34,687 nt of DNA from Utricularia gibba. Lineage: Eukaryota; Plantae; Magnoliophyta. Under the pieces are notes generated by a model. The model was not told where the DNA came from and made no database searches. It saw only the letters and a program-made list of their open reading frames with translations. This document shows, one piece after another, positions 22,981 to 34,687 of the stretch. Where the stretch lies: NCBI GenBank assembly GCA_002189035.1, contig NEEC01000124.1, positions 1 to 34,687 of the forward strand, given 5' to 3'. Every line of letters begins with the position of its first letter. The first letter of the stretch is position 1. The position numbers and the translations under genes were made by a program.

Positions 22981-25900
22981 ATGGAAGGCGGTGATTGGAG
23001 GGGTCAGCTGCAACAAGATTCTAGGCAGAGAATTGTGAATAAAATGTAAGAATTAGGTTTTAAGTTTAGGTGGAGAGTGTCTTTTAAGACTTTGAGATAA
23101 GTATCAATTATGATGCTTTCGATTGCAGAATGGAGACGCTGAAGAGGCATCTTCCTTATTCTGGACCAGAGGGATTGCAAGAACTCAAAAAAATCGCTGT
23201 TAGGTTTGAGGAGAAGATATACATCGCAGCAACAAGCCAGGTTTAAATGAATTTTCTCCTGTTTCCTCCTGCGTACACGCTGAGCATTGACCGTTCCTGT
23301 TGTCTTTTAATTGGACATACAGTCAGATTATCTAAGAAAAATATCTATGAAGATGTTAACTATGGAGACAAAGTCTCAGAATCCGGATTCTATGCAGCCT
23401 GGTGGTGGAAGTAATTCGCAGGACCCAGGTACAGAATATCGCTGAAGTATATGAAAAGAGTCATTTTTTTTTTGTTGATGTTGCCATTAAGAAGGTGACT
23501 CTCCTTGCTCTTGTGGCATTTGGGCTCGATACATTCTCACTGGCACACCATCCCCTTTATAATGAGCCTCAACTTTTCATCAATGATGAGCCGATATACC
23601 TATCTATTCCGGCAACTTGTGTATCGCATACCTATGGATCCAATGGCATACTCCGAAAAATTTTCAACTCTTCTTGATTGTTGCAAATGAATGTGATTAA
23701 GGGGTTTTCTGGTGTTATTTTCCAAGTTGGATTTGATATTAGTGTCTGGTGTGTAGATCACATGTTATGAGTGCTTATGAAGTTGGGGGCTTCAGGCTAT
23801 GGGGGGATTGATTTCCTGACTGGAGCGGTTGATAACTTGCCAGATTTAAAGGGTTTTTCCATAGCTGATTCCATGCATTGCTAGAATGCTGTCTAAAGAC
23901 CATTTGAAAATCTCGTTCTGGAAAAAGCTTCTAGTTTTCTTGCCAAATCATTAAGTGAAGTGGTATTGGTATTCGACAAGGGATTACAAATCATTCATCT
24001 CACAGGAAATTTACGGAACCCTGTCTAAAAGTTGTTTCTATCATGTTATCTGATTAGAGCCATAACACTTTTGAATATCATCTTTTTTTTTACTATTTTT
24101 TATTTTTTGGATTGAGCAGTAGTCTGCTAACATCTCTTGGTGTTGCTTACATGATTATTATCTGCACAATATGAATTGCTTTATACTGGTAATGCTGCCA
24201 GGATTTGGTCTCTGGTTATTTTTATCTTGAATTAATTACTAGTACGCTACCTGTTTTATATGAGTTATTGTGTCACCATATGTTCAATCTCTCTGCTTGC
24301 TTAACGCAGCTTCTCAAAGCATGCAGCCCCAAATACAAAATCAGGTCCAACAACTTCAACTTCCGATGGTTTCCAGTCAGTCTCAGGTGCGACAGCAGAT
24401 TTTATCCCAGAATTTACATAATAATATTGCCTTGAATGGCGCTCCAAATTCTTCTGGTTTGTCATCTGGTCTTCCGCGATGAGTGGCACCATGCCCAATA
24501 TTCCTGGGCCAAATGCTAACATTCAGAACATGCAAAGCCTTCCAAATATGGCCTCTAACGCAATTGGGAATTCAATGGGCCAAGGTATGCCTGCTGGTAA
24601 CTATGCCAATCCACAGAGGCAAGTTCAGAATAGGCAACAACCTGCTGCTAACCAGGAGCAGGCACAGCACTCCCAGGGGTCTCATCAGTATGTATACAAT
24701 CAGCAGGTATTTATGAAGCCAAAGTACCAGACAGGTGGTATTCCACAGCAACCCATCATGCAATCTCAGGTCTCACAGCAGCAGCAACAACAGAACCTGA
24801 TGCTTCCTAATCATCTTCAGTCGTCGCAGCAGCCTGTTATTCAACCATCATTGAGGCAAACATCTTCACCAGCATCATCATCGTCTTCTACTCTCCAAAG
24901 TCAACAGTCATCTCTTCAGCATTCAAATCAATCTATGCTTCAACAGCCATCACAGTCGGTTCTTCGACAGCAGCAGCAGCAGCAGCCACAGGCTCCAGTC
25001 ATGCATCAGCAGCAAAACCCAATGTCTCAACACTCAATATTGCCTTCTCAGCAGCCGCACCATACTGCACAGCAGCCAAATGCTGCAAATATCCAACCAA
25101 GTCAGCTGATTGGCCAACAAAACATTGTTGTTGATACACAACAACAGCAAAGGATGATGCCGCAGCAGAATGCTATGCCCAACATGCAACAGCAGCATAC
25201 AGCCAGTAAGCAAAACAATATTCCAAGTTTGCTTCAGTCGCAATCAGCCGCCCAGCAGAATAATATCCCAAATGTGCATCAGCAGCAATTAGGCTCCCAA
25301 AACAACCTATCTGGATTCCAGCAGCAGCAAGCGGTTGGTATCCAACTTGGCAATTTTATCTTGCAACTTACTTTGAGCCTGTCTGTGGTTACAGTAATCA
25401 ATGTTTTGATGCAGCAACAGATGCAGGCGAGTATGTCAAATATGTTGCCTAATCAATCTCAATCGCAGCCAATGCAGCATCAGTTGATGTCACAGATGCA
25501 GTCACAGTCAGGGCATATGCAACAGCAGTTAGGATTGCAGCAACAGGCGAATGCATTGTCAAGGGACATGCAACAAAGGATTCAAGCATCTGTTCCCTTG
25601 AATCAACAGCCGACAACGGTTGATCAAAAGCCGATTATGCAACCTCAGAGAGTGATTGGTGAATCACAACTAAGTAAGTAGCTGGTGCTTTTGTAATAAC
25701 TCGGACATTTATCAAAGGAGAAAAAAATATGATAATGATATTGAGGCTCAGCTATTAGTGCAGGCCATGGATTCGAAAATTGAATGTTCTTTCCTTGTCT
25801 GGATTGTGCCGTATAATTCATTTACTGCTTTTAATCATGGTTCTCTTTTGCTTAATCTAACACTTTGAAAACTTAGCATCTCGAGATCCCTCGTCACAGA

Positions 25901-28900
25901 TGGGAAATTCAGGTGGAGATTGGCAAGAAGAAGTTTATCAAAAGGTATTACATCTAAGTGGAGATTGGCAACTGTGACCTGTCGCGTGTGCATTTTCTGT
26001 GTGAAGCTCCACTTTAGTCTTCCTAACTTTTGGGCTGATTGCAGATCAAATCCATGAATGAGATGTATTATTCTGAATTAAACGAAGCATACCAAAGAAT
26101 TGTTGCAAAGTTGCAGCAGGTGAGCTACTGTTTGATTTTCATTGTACTCTAATTGGTCACCTTTGATCAAGTGGTTGATTGGTGTGTTTTGTGCTTCACA
26201 ATCTGTGGTTATTTAAATTTGAAAGCTAATGTAGGTTTTGTTGATAGAAAGTAATCACGCGTGTATAATCCATCACTTAAATCGATTTGACGTATGACGT
26301 CTGGCTCTTGTTTTTTTTTTAAGAATACATTTCCTTCCAACTCTGTATCATTCAATTTCTATTGCCGTGTATCAAATTTTTATTCCCTCTTTCTTATACT
26401 TCTTTTCATCATTTTAACGTTTCATCAAGCTTTACCAATAAATCCTTGTTGCGTTTGATACAACTGAAATCGTTGATTTCTTTTTTCTTTTTTTTAAATG
26501 GGTATTTTGAATAAGGTGAGTAAATAACTGTTAAATAGGGGTAAATGAGATTATTCATTTAATTACTTATACGACAAGCACAATGCCTATAATCTACTTC
26601 TTAATGAGGCATATAAAGCACATAAAATTTCACCTTAATGCACTGCAAACTAGTCTCTCTTCAAACAAATTATTTATAAAAGGCCAGATTTATCTTTGAA
26701 AATTCACTTTGATTATCAACATTTTTATTTTCGACTGACTTTACTTCTGCTTTTGCAGCATGATTCGATTCCTCAAATGCCAAAGGGTGACCAATTTGAT
26801 AAGCTCACCTTTTTCAAGGGAATGTTGGAGCGATTGCTTTCATTTCTGAGAATTTCCAAGAATGAAATTCAACCAGCTCTTAAGGATAAGATGGTTCAGG
26901 TTGAGAAGCAGATCATCAGCATTCTGAATTCAAATAGGCCTCGAAAGCCTGTTTCTTCATTGCAGAAAGGACAACACATGCTTGCTGCACAGCAGCCTCA
27001 GCAACAACAGCCTCAAATTTCTCAGATGCAGACAAATGAAGGTCAAATGAATTCTCAGATACAGTCTCTGAATGGACAAGGTTCAGTTGTGACTAATTTG
27101 TCCAATCTGCAGCATGGTTCACTATCTTCAGCTTCTGGTGTTCCGAATTCTCGTCAGAGTATTATGGATATTATGCAGCATGGTTCGAATTTTGATGCAG
27201 GACAAGGAAATGCATTAAACCAGATGCAGCAAGTGGCTATAAACTCTCTGCAGCAGAACTCTGTGAGTGGTCCTCAGCAGATGAACATCCCTTCTGTGAC
27301 ATCCCAATCTGGTTTGACAACCTTAGCATCTTCTGTTAACCCATTACATGGAAATTCTAATATGATTCAGGGACAGCAAATAAAGCAGGAACCACTTATG
27401 TTAAACCAACAGTTGAAACAACAGTACCAGCAGCGACAGATTCAGCAGCAATATATACAAAGACAACAGATCATGCAGCAGCAACAGCAGCTCCAAGCAC
27501 ACCAACAAGCTGTCCAGATGCCTGGTCAACAAGTGACCCATCTTAATCAGATTAATGATGCAAACGATGTGAAATTGAGGCACCAGATGGCTGGAAAAAC
27601 AGGAGTTCTGCAGTCACATTCCTCTATCCAGCGGCCGGCCTATCATCATCAGTCATTCTCTATTTCCTCACAACAGGCTCCATCCTCACAGATTCCTCAT
27701 CATTCTTCTCCCCAAATGGAACAACAAAGTCTTCTGGCATCCCATACAAAAGTTGGAACTCCTTCACAATCTGCAAATTCTCCTTTTGTTGTCCCATCAC
27801 CTTCAACCTCGGTGGCTCCATCTCCCATGCTAGGTGATTATGAGAAGATTGTCTCTGTTGTTCCTTCACAGTCAAATGCTGGAAATAGCAATAATCTGCC
27901 GACACCTGCAGCATCTGTACAAAATCAGTCACTTGCCATTGGAACTCCTGGTATATCAGCCTCGCCTTTACTGGCAGAATTTTCCAACCCAGATGGGCCA
28001 CATGGTGTGTTGCCTAACATTATTCCTGCAACCTCGAATGTAGTGGAGCGACCACTTGATCGCTTGATAAATGCTGTCAGTGAGACTTTAACATCTTTTG
28101 TATTTAGACATTTCGTCCTTATGTAGTCTGAATTTCTATTTTATTTTGACAGGTAAAATCTTTGACTCCCACAGCTTTGAGTGCTTCAGTTAATGACGTC
28201 AGCTCTGTTGTCCGGTTGACTGACAGAATAGCTGGTTCTGCACCAGGAAATGGATCACGGGCTGCAATGGGTGAAGACTTAGTTGCTATCACAAAGTGTC
28301 GTCTTCAGGCCAGAAATTTCTTCAGTGCAGATGGGTCTGGCTGCACAAAAAAAGTTAGACGTTGTATCTCTGCAATGACTTCTAATGTTGTTTCGTGTAC
28401 TGGGACCATGAATGAGAGTTCCAAGAGTGCTGGTGGAAATGAATCCTATGGACAGTCCACTGAAGTTTCATCCAAGAAAAGGCCTAGAAATGATGTACTT
28501 CATCTTTTTTTTAAGCCTAAATTGATGCATGTTTTTATGGAGACTGCCAATGTTTAAATATCAATATGACATTTGTGTTATTGTTGCACACCTGTGAATT
28601 TAAAATAAACTAAAGCTGTTCTTATTTGCAGGTCAATCACGTGCTTGAGGAAGAACTGCATGAAATTAATGTGGAACTTATTGATACTGTGGTGCATATT
28701 AGTGATGATGTTGATCCAACTGCAGTAGCTGCAGCTGCTGAATGTGCAGAAGGAACTGTGGTGAAGTGCTGTTTCAGTGCTGTGGGTCTTGGCCCAAATC
28801 TGAAATCGCAATTTGCTTCCGCTCAGATGGTGAAATTTTGGACCTCTTGAGCCATCTTTTATTTTACTGTTTTCTTTTAGTCATCATTGTACCTTTCTTT

Positions 28901-29349
28901 AAATGCAGTCACCAATTCAGCCTTTAAGATTGCTCATTCCAAAGGATTATCCAAGCTGCTCTCCTGTACTTCTGGATAAGTTTCCAATTGAAGTGAGGTT
29001 AGTCTATGTGCGGTTAGTGGTGCATCCATTTATTCCTGAGTAGTTGAATTGGATGATTTCGTTTTAGAATGTATTTTTTTCTTACCTTTGGTCGTATGTT
29101 TTTTTGCACAACCATGGTAATGCTTTTTCCCTCACCTTCAGCAAGGAATACGAAGATCTTTCTATGAAGGCAAAGTGTAGACTCAGCATCTCCCTTCGAG
29201 CTCTTCCGCAGCCAATGTCTCTTGGAGAAATTGCACGAACCTGGGATAAATGTGCCCGAGCCGTCATATCCGAGTATGCACAGCAGAGTGGTGGCGGTAC
29301 TTTCAGCTCCAAATATGGTACCTGGGAGAACTGCCTCAGTGCCGCCTGA
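22981..29349 (+). CDS. MED15A: Mediator of RNA polymerase II transcription subunit 15a (KIX domain, Q-rich region, conserved C-terminus), 11 exons; apparent 1-nt deletion in exon 4
   Basis: Exons 22981-23045, 23129-23240, 23323-23428, 24310-25673, 25877-25944, 26045-26119, 26759-28075, 28153-28494, 28632-28829, 28909-28997, 29142-29349. Motifs [90 protein letters not shown]. The start codon is a best guess. Confidence 0.93.
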
Positions 29350-29850
29350 ACGAAGTTTAGATCAACTGAGAGAAGTGCTTCCATTAGTCTGCAGCCATCT
29401 GTAAAGCCGAGGGGGTCTTCAATCCCTCTTTGTATCAGTGCTGCCTGAACGACCTCAGGGACTCAGTTGCAAAGATGAACATTCTATACATACATATCTC
29501 ATACTGTCCTAAAACATGAATGATGTTGGTAGTTGAAGTATTATTTTGTATCGTTGGAAAGGTGTATTTGAATGTGTCGAGTCATTTTTGTATTTTTGAA
29601 ACTTGAGAAACATATGCTAAATTATTAGTTTTTGGAGGGTATTAACTAAGTATGTGTTTGATAGTTATATCGATATAGATTATTTTGATATAAATTTTTA
29701 TTGATTGAAGTTATAAAAATAAGGAGGTATATTGATGTAGATAATTTTATGTTTTTAAAAAAGTAAAAAAGTATTTCGATAAAATTTAATATCGATTATT
29801 AAACATATTATTATTATCTCTAATGTTTGGATATTTTATGTTATCTTTAT

Positions 29851-30165
29851 TAGTCTAACAGTACAACTGAGTCGAGTCGGCTCGAACTCAACTCAACTAC
29901 AACCGGCTCGATTGAGTTTGAGCTGAGCCAATATCAAACTTGAGCCAATTGTCGAACCGAGCTCGAGCTTCACATTCCAAGGCTCAAGGCTCGAGTAGAC
30001 ACATTTGTGGGTTCGAAATACATTTTTGGACTCGAGGCATATTTTTGGATTCAAATTTAGCCCGAGTTCGAGCCAAGTTTTCTTGGGTTCGACGAGCTTG
30101 AGCTCGAGCTCGAGCTCGAAATTTACTGAAAAACTAGGTTTGGCTCGAGCTCGTTTGCAAACCTA
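29851..30165. mobile_element. hAT-derived MITE or fragment rich in GAGCTC/CGAGC subterminal motifs
   Basis: Dense gagctcgagctcgagctcga and gctcga repeats; ends gctcgtttgcaaaccta, resembling the TAGG..TGCAAACGAGC type hAT terminus; left end degenerate. Confidence 0.6.
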
Positions 30166-31520
30166 GTATCAACCATTATAGGTATATGGAAATTATGTGC
30201 ATGTTTTATGATATTTTTTTCATACATCTATATTGAATTATTATCGAATTAGTGAAAAATACATATTTTATAATAAATAATTTCTATGTAACCATAATAA
30301 TGTTAATCAAACATTAATGATCAATGATGTTAAGTTTTGACCAAAGAATCATAGTTATTATTATTAAATTGACATACAATTTTGATTAAAGTAGATGATT
30401 AAAAAACTATGTCATGTCTCTAGCCAAATTGGTTGACTATTTAAGTCTTAAAAAATACTCACTATTAGTTTAAATTAATAATTTATAAAACCAAGATTAA
30501 AATCATACATTTTAATACTTGTCATTGTTATATATAAAAATTTAATAAATTCTAAAAGGTTATATAGTAAAAAATATCTATATTGATACTTGAAATTACC
30601 AAATTAATTAAATCAATTAAATTGATCATTTGAGTATAAATAATTGATGTTCGAAATTATCAAATTGATAAAACATTTGATCAAAATAAATCTTAATTAT
30701 TCGTTAAAGTTGTTTATTCAATAAACGTTATTAATCAGTTTTGTTATTGTTAATAAAACTTAGGTAAAAATTACATGTTTTGCAAAATATGCAAGTCACG
30801 TTTGCATTGTATATAACATGGTTGATGATCAAAATTATAATTATTAAATATCATTTATGTAAAAGAAAATTTAATAATAACACCTCAAATTTTGATCACT
30901 ATAAATAGTTTAAATCTAAATAAATTATAATAATTTGTGACATTGTTCATTATCAAAATATGCACATTCTTGGTTGACTTAAAAAAATTCGGAAACCGTT
31001 AAACTGAGTAACCGTTTTTTCCGGTTACAAATGTGGTCAGAAAATCATGTTATCATCATCTGGCTTCCCAGTTTTTTGGTCAGTTATTTTTGTGGGCACC
31101 AGGGAAGAGGTTCCACGTAGATTCATGTTGGTGTCGGTTTTTCTTTTCAATTTACAGATGCACGCATTTATGGAGTTCCGTTGATTCTTGCTTCCCGCGG
31201 TAAAGACGCCTACTCTTTGTCCTTCCCTGCAAATTTCGTTAGAGAAAAAAGGAGGGGGGGAAGAGATTGTACCGGGAGAGTGGCATTGGCCGTGAAAATC
31301 AACTTTCTTTGGCGTAAACGAAATTGCCCAGATCATTTCCACGGCCACCGTTCACTTTTTCCAACCAACGGATATAGACATACGGTGGAGTCCCTGAAAT
31401 CTCTCATTTTTTTATTTCCAAACCTTTCATTGTTCTTGTATCTTACACCCCAGATTGCGTTTCCCCTCCTTTTCTCCTGTTTTCAAGCTCTTTAGGGTGC
31501 TACACTATATTGCCAATACT

Positions 31521-34500
31521 ATGCGTAGTTTGAAGATGATTGATGGGTGCAAAGGAGCCCAAGTTTACGCTCTGAATCCAAGCAGCGGCGGTGTTGCAGA
31601 GCGGTTCTTGCAACATTTGCAAGATAACCTCAGGGTTAATTCGATGAGATCGAAATCTCATCGGCGTAACCGAAGTTTACCTCAGATTCCTAATAATGCG
31701 AATGTAATTAGTGTAGCAGAAACTTTTGCGGTTTATGGGCTTCCTCAAAAGGACCTTTTGGAGCCTCAAATTGATCCATATCTTAAATTTGTTGATTATG
31801 TTGATGTTCTAGCGGATGCTTATAGGAGACTTGATGAATGCCCTGAATTTGATAGATCAAGGATGTACATTGAGCAATCTGCGATCTTTAGGGCTTTCAT
31901 GACTCAAAATTTTTTAGGCGATGTCTTCGTTCTGCGAGGCAATATGCAGTGGATGTGCATTCTAAGGTTGTGCTTTCATCTTGGTTGAGGTATGAACGAC
32001 GGGAAGATGAGTTGTCTGGTGTGTCCGCAATGACGTGTAGTAGCTTAAATATGGAATGCCCCAAAGAGTCATTGCGACCAGGGTATAATCTTGAGTCTTC
32101 AAATGATTTATGTTGTTGTTACAATGGAGAAAAGGAGCAATGCTCAAAATCTATTAGATATAATGATGGTTGTGATAGCCTTGGTGATGATCATGATCTT
32201 TGTTTTTGCATTGGGGATAGTGAAGTTCGATGCAATAGGTTTAAAATAGCTTCACTGTCAAGACCATTCAAGGCACTGTTGTATGGTAGCTTCATGGAAG
32301 CTAGAAGTGAAAGAATATATTTCTCTGAAAATGGTATTTCCGCAAGAGCAATGAGAGCTGCTGAGGTGTTTTCCAGGACGAAGAATGTGAATTCTTTCGA
32401 GCCAAATACAGTTTTGGAGCTCTTGACATTGGCTAACAGATTTTGTTGTGATGAGATGAAATCTTCATGTGACGCACATCTTGCTTCTCTTGTTACAGAC
32501 ATGGATACGGCTGTTCAGCTCATTGAATATGGACTGGAGGAGGCTTCATACCTTCTAGTAGCAGCTTGCTTACAGATCTTTCTCAGGGAATTGCCACATT
32601 CGTTGCGAAATCCATTTGTGATGCGAATCTTGTGCAGTTCAGAAGCAAAAGCGAAGTTAGAATTAGCTGGGCATGCATCCTTTTTGCTTTACAGTTTTTT
32701 GAGTCAAGTTGCTATGGAGGAAGATATGGAGTCCAATACAACTGTCATGCTTCTGGAGAGGATGGCAGAATGTGCATCAGAGAGTTGGGAGAAGCAGTTG
32801 GCGTATCATCAGTTGGGCTGTGTGATGCTTGAGAGAAAAGAATACATAGATGCACAAACATGGTTTGAAGCTGCTGTTCAGGAAGGACATATTTATTCCT
32901 TGGTTGGAGTTGCAAGAGCTACAGATAAGCGTGGCCAAAAGTACAAGGCTTTCAAAATGATGAACTCCATCATTTCTGACTACACACCCTGTGGATGGAT
33001 GTATCAAGAAAAATGTTTATATAATAACAATGGAAGTGATAAACTTACTGATCTAGATACAGCTACCAAGCTTAACCCCACTCTTTTGTATCCTTACAAA
33101 TACAGAGCAGTATCAAAAATGGAAGAAGAAGATATTGATGGAGCCATATCCGAGATAAACAGAGTCATTGGCTTTAAGGTGTCTCCAGATTGCCTTGAGT
33201 TGCGTTGTTGGCTCTTGATTTCCAAAGGAGACTATGAGGGAGCTCTAACAGATGCTCGTGCTCTCATTACATTGGATCCTCATTATATGATGTTCCATGG
33301 GAAATTACATGGAGGCAAGCTAGTTGAACTGCTAAACCATCATGTTCAGGAGCAGCGCAGTCAAGCTGATTGCTGGATGCAGCTGTATGATTCTTGGTCT
33401 TCAGTTGATGACATCGGCTCTTTGGCTGTTGTGCACCACATGTTGGATAATGATCCTGGGAGAAGCCACTTAAGATTCAGGCAGTCTCTCCTTCTTCTCC
33501 GGTGAGTACCTACTTTTGTTCTGAGCTCTGCAATCTCTGATGCATGATGGCATAGTGAATTGGTGCTGTGAATAGATTAAACTGTGACAAGGCTGCTATG
33601 AGATGTTTAAGAATGGCGAGGAATGATGCACCATCCGAACACGAGAGGCTTGTGTACGAAGGATGGATGCTATATGACACAGGCTACCGTGAACAAGCAG
33701 TTGCAAAAGCTGAGGAATCCATCTCAGTACAGAGATCATTTGAAGCATTTTTTCTAAAAGCATATGTTTTATCTGAAACAACCACAGACCATGAGTCTTC
33801 ACTCTATGTCATCCATCTTCTAGAGGAGGCTCTGAGGTGCCCATCAGATGGTCTGAGGAAGGGACAAGTAAGTAGTATTGCTTCTGCATTTTCACTGTGA
33901 AACAAATAATGTGAGAAGAGATTCATTGTGCAACTGCAGGCCTTGAGCAATCTCGCTAGTATATATGTGGATGTGGATAAACTAGACAAAGCTGTGGACT
34001 GCTACATGAATGCACTCAACATTAAGCATACAAGAGCTCATCAGGGCCTGGCTCGAGTATACCATCAAAAGAATCTTCGCAGAGCGGCCTGTGACGAGAT
34101 GATCAAGTTGATCGAAAAGGCTCAAGGTAGCAACAATGCTTCAGCTTCAGCTTCTGCATATGAGAAGAAATCAGAGTACAGTGACCACGAAACTGCTAAA
34201 AGTGACCTTGCCATGGCCACTCGTCTTGATCCTCTAAGAACTTACCCCTACAGATACCGTGCTGCTGGTAAAAATCTAATCATCCATGAGTACAGTAACG
34301 ATTTTCATCTTGGGGAAGCATCAAAATTGAGTCTTGCTTCAAATTCTGCAGTTCTCATGGATAACCACAAGGAAGCTGAAGCCATAACAGAGCTGGCAAA
34401 CGCCATAGCTTTCAAGCCAGACCTCCAGCTGCTTCATCTTCGCGCGGCGTTTCATGATTCGATGGGTGAAACCGCTGCCACCCTACGTGACTGTGAAGCT

Positions 34501-34575
34501 GCTCTGTGTCTGGATCCTACACACACTGATACACTTCAGCTATACAAGAAAGCTAAAAATGGAACCTTGATTTGA
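31521..34575 (+). CDS. ETO1: ETHYLENE OVERPRODUCER 1 family BTB-TPR protein, 4 exons; apparent 1-nt deletion in exon 1
   Basis: Exons 31521-33501, 33576-33867, 33940-34267, 34352-34575. Motifs MRSLKM..GCKG.QVYALNP, LEPQIDP.LKFVD, SWLRYERREDEL, IASLSRPFKA.LYG, WSSVDDIGSLAVVH, CPSDGLRKGQAL, DPLRTYPYRYRAAVLMD. The N-terminus fits ETO1 better than EOL1; ETO1 versus EOL2 is not resolved. Confidence 0.92.
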
Positions 34576-34687
34576 TCGACTTGTTGCTACTGGTGTCTTG
34601 TTGTGTTTTAAGTACATATCTCAGAGATAATGTGTTAACATTGCGTTGTATTGAGTTGTATATGAGTTCTGTTTTTTTGGATTCATA

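Larger units (their letters stand above)
21282..24712 (+). repeat. Direct segmental duplication, copy 2 (continues into the full MED15a gene)
   Basis: Colinear with 13102-16577 and begins at the TTA next to the transposon end. Confidence 0.95.

Noticed and set aside
15297-23690. Paired ORFs MVEVIRRTQ... and MLLWHLGS... in both MED15 copies
   Set aside because: They are alternative frames running from exon 3 into intron 3 and are explained by the duplication.
13102-24712. Simple uncollapsed allelic haplotypes as the source of the duplication
   Set aside because: The copies are separated by a structured filler with a microhomology junction and a TIR/TTA junction, and each has its own deletion or truncation. 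Not fully excluded without read data.
24720-27560. CAG/CAA-rich tracts and antisense ORFs in MED15
   Set aside because: Ordinary poly-Q coding sequence; the opposite-strand ORFs are shadows of it.

Overview
Plant (eudicot-like) nuclear DNA with spliceosomal GT-AG introns and very AT-rich intergenic DNA. Five host genes are recognisable: a bacterial-type/organellar ribosomal protein S6 gene (-), F-actin capping protein alpha (CPA, -), purH (AICAR transformylase/IMP cyclohydrolase, +), Mediator subunit MED15a (+) and an ETO1-family BTB-TPR gene (+). The most notable structure is a complex rearrangement at 13.1-24.7 kb. A ~3.5 kb block (purH last exon, spacer, MED15 promoter and exons 1-4) is directly duplicated. 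The two copies flank a ~4.7 kb composite filler made of an inverted CPA promoter-to-exon-3 copy, a third copy of a 0.5 kb piece of the duplicated spacer, and the right half of a PIF/Harbinger transposon. The second copy starts exactly at that transposon's putative TIR plus TTA. The left junction fuses a KIX-only MED15 fragment to CPA in the same orientation. A further CPA intron-2 copy sits at the window's left edge. Four genes or gene copies each carry a single 1-nt deletion in a homopolymer, which points to long-read consensus errors rather than true pseudogenisation. I found no evidence for a new enzymatic or defence system. The best leads are the transposon-anchored duplication, the MED15::CPA chimera, an intron-like island in MED15 exon 4, and unexplained splice-bounded blocks at 7.6-9.4 kb. 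All alignments and counts were made by eye, and family assignments are from recalled protein motifs, not database searches.
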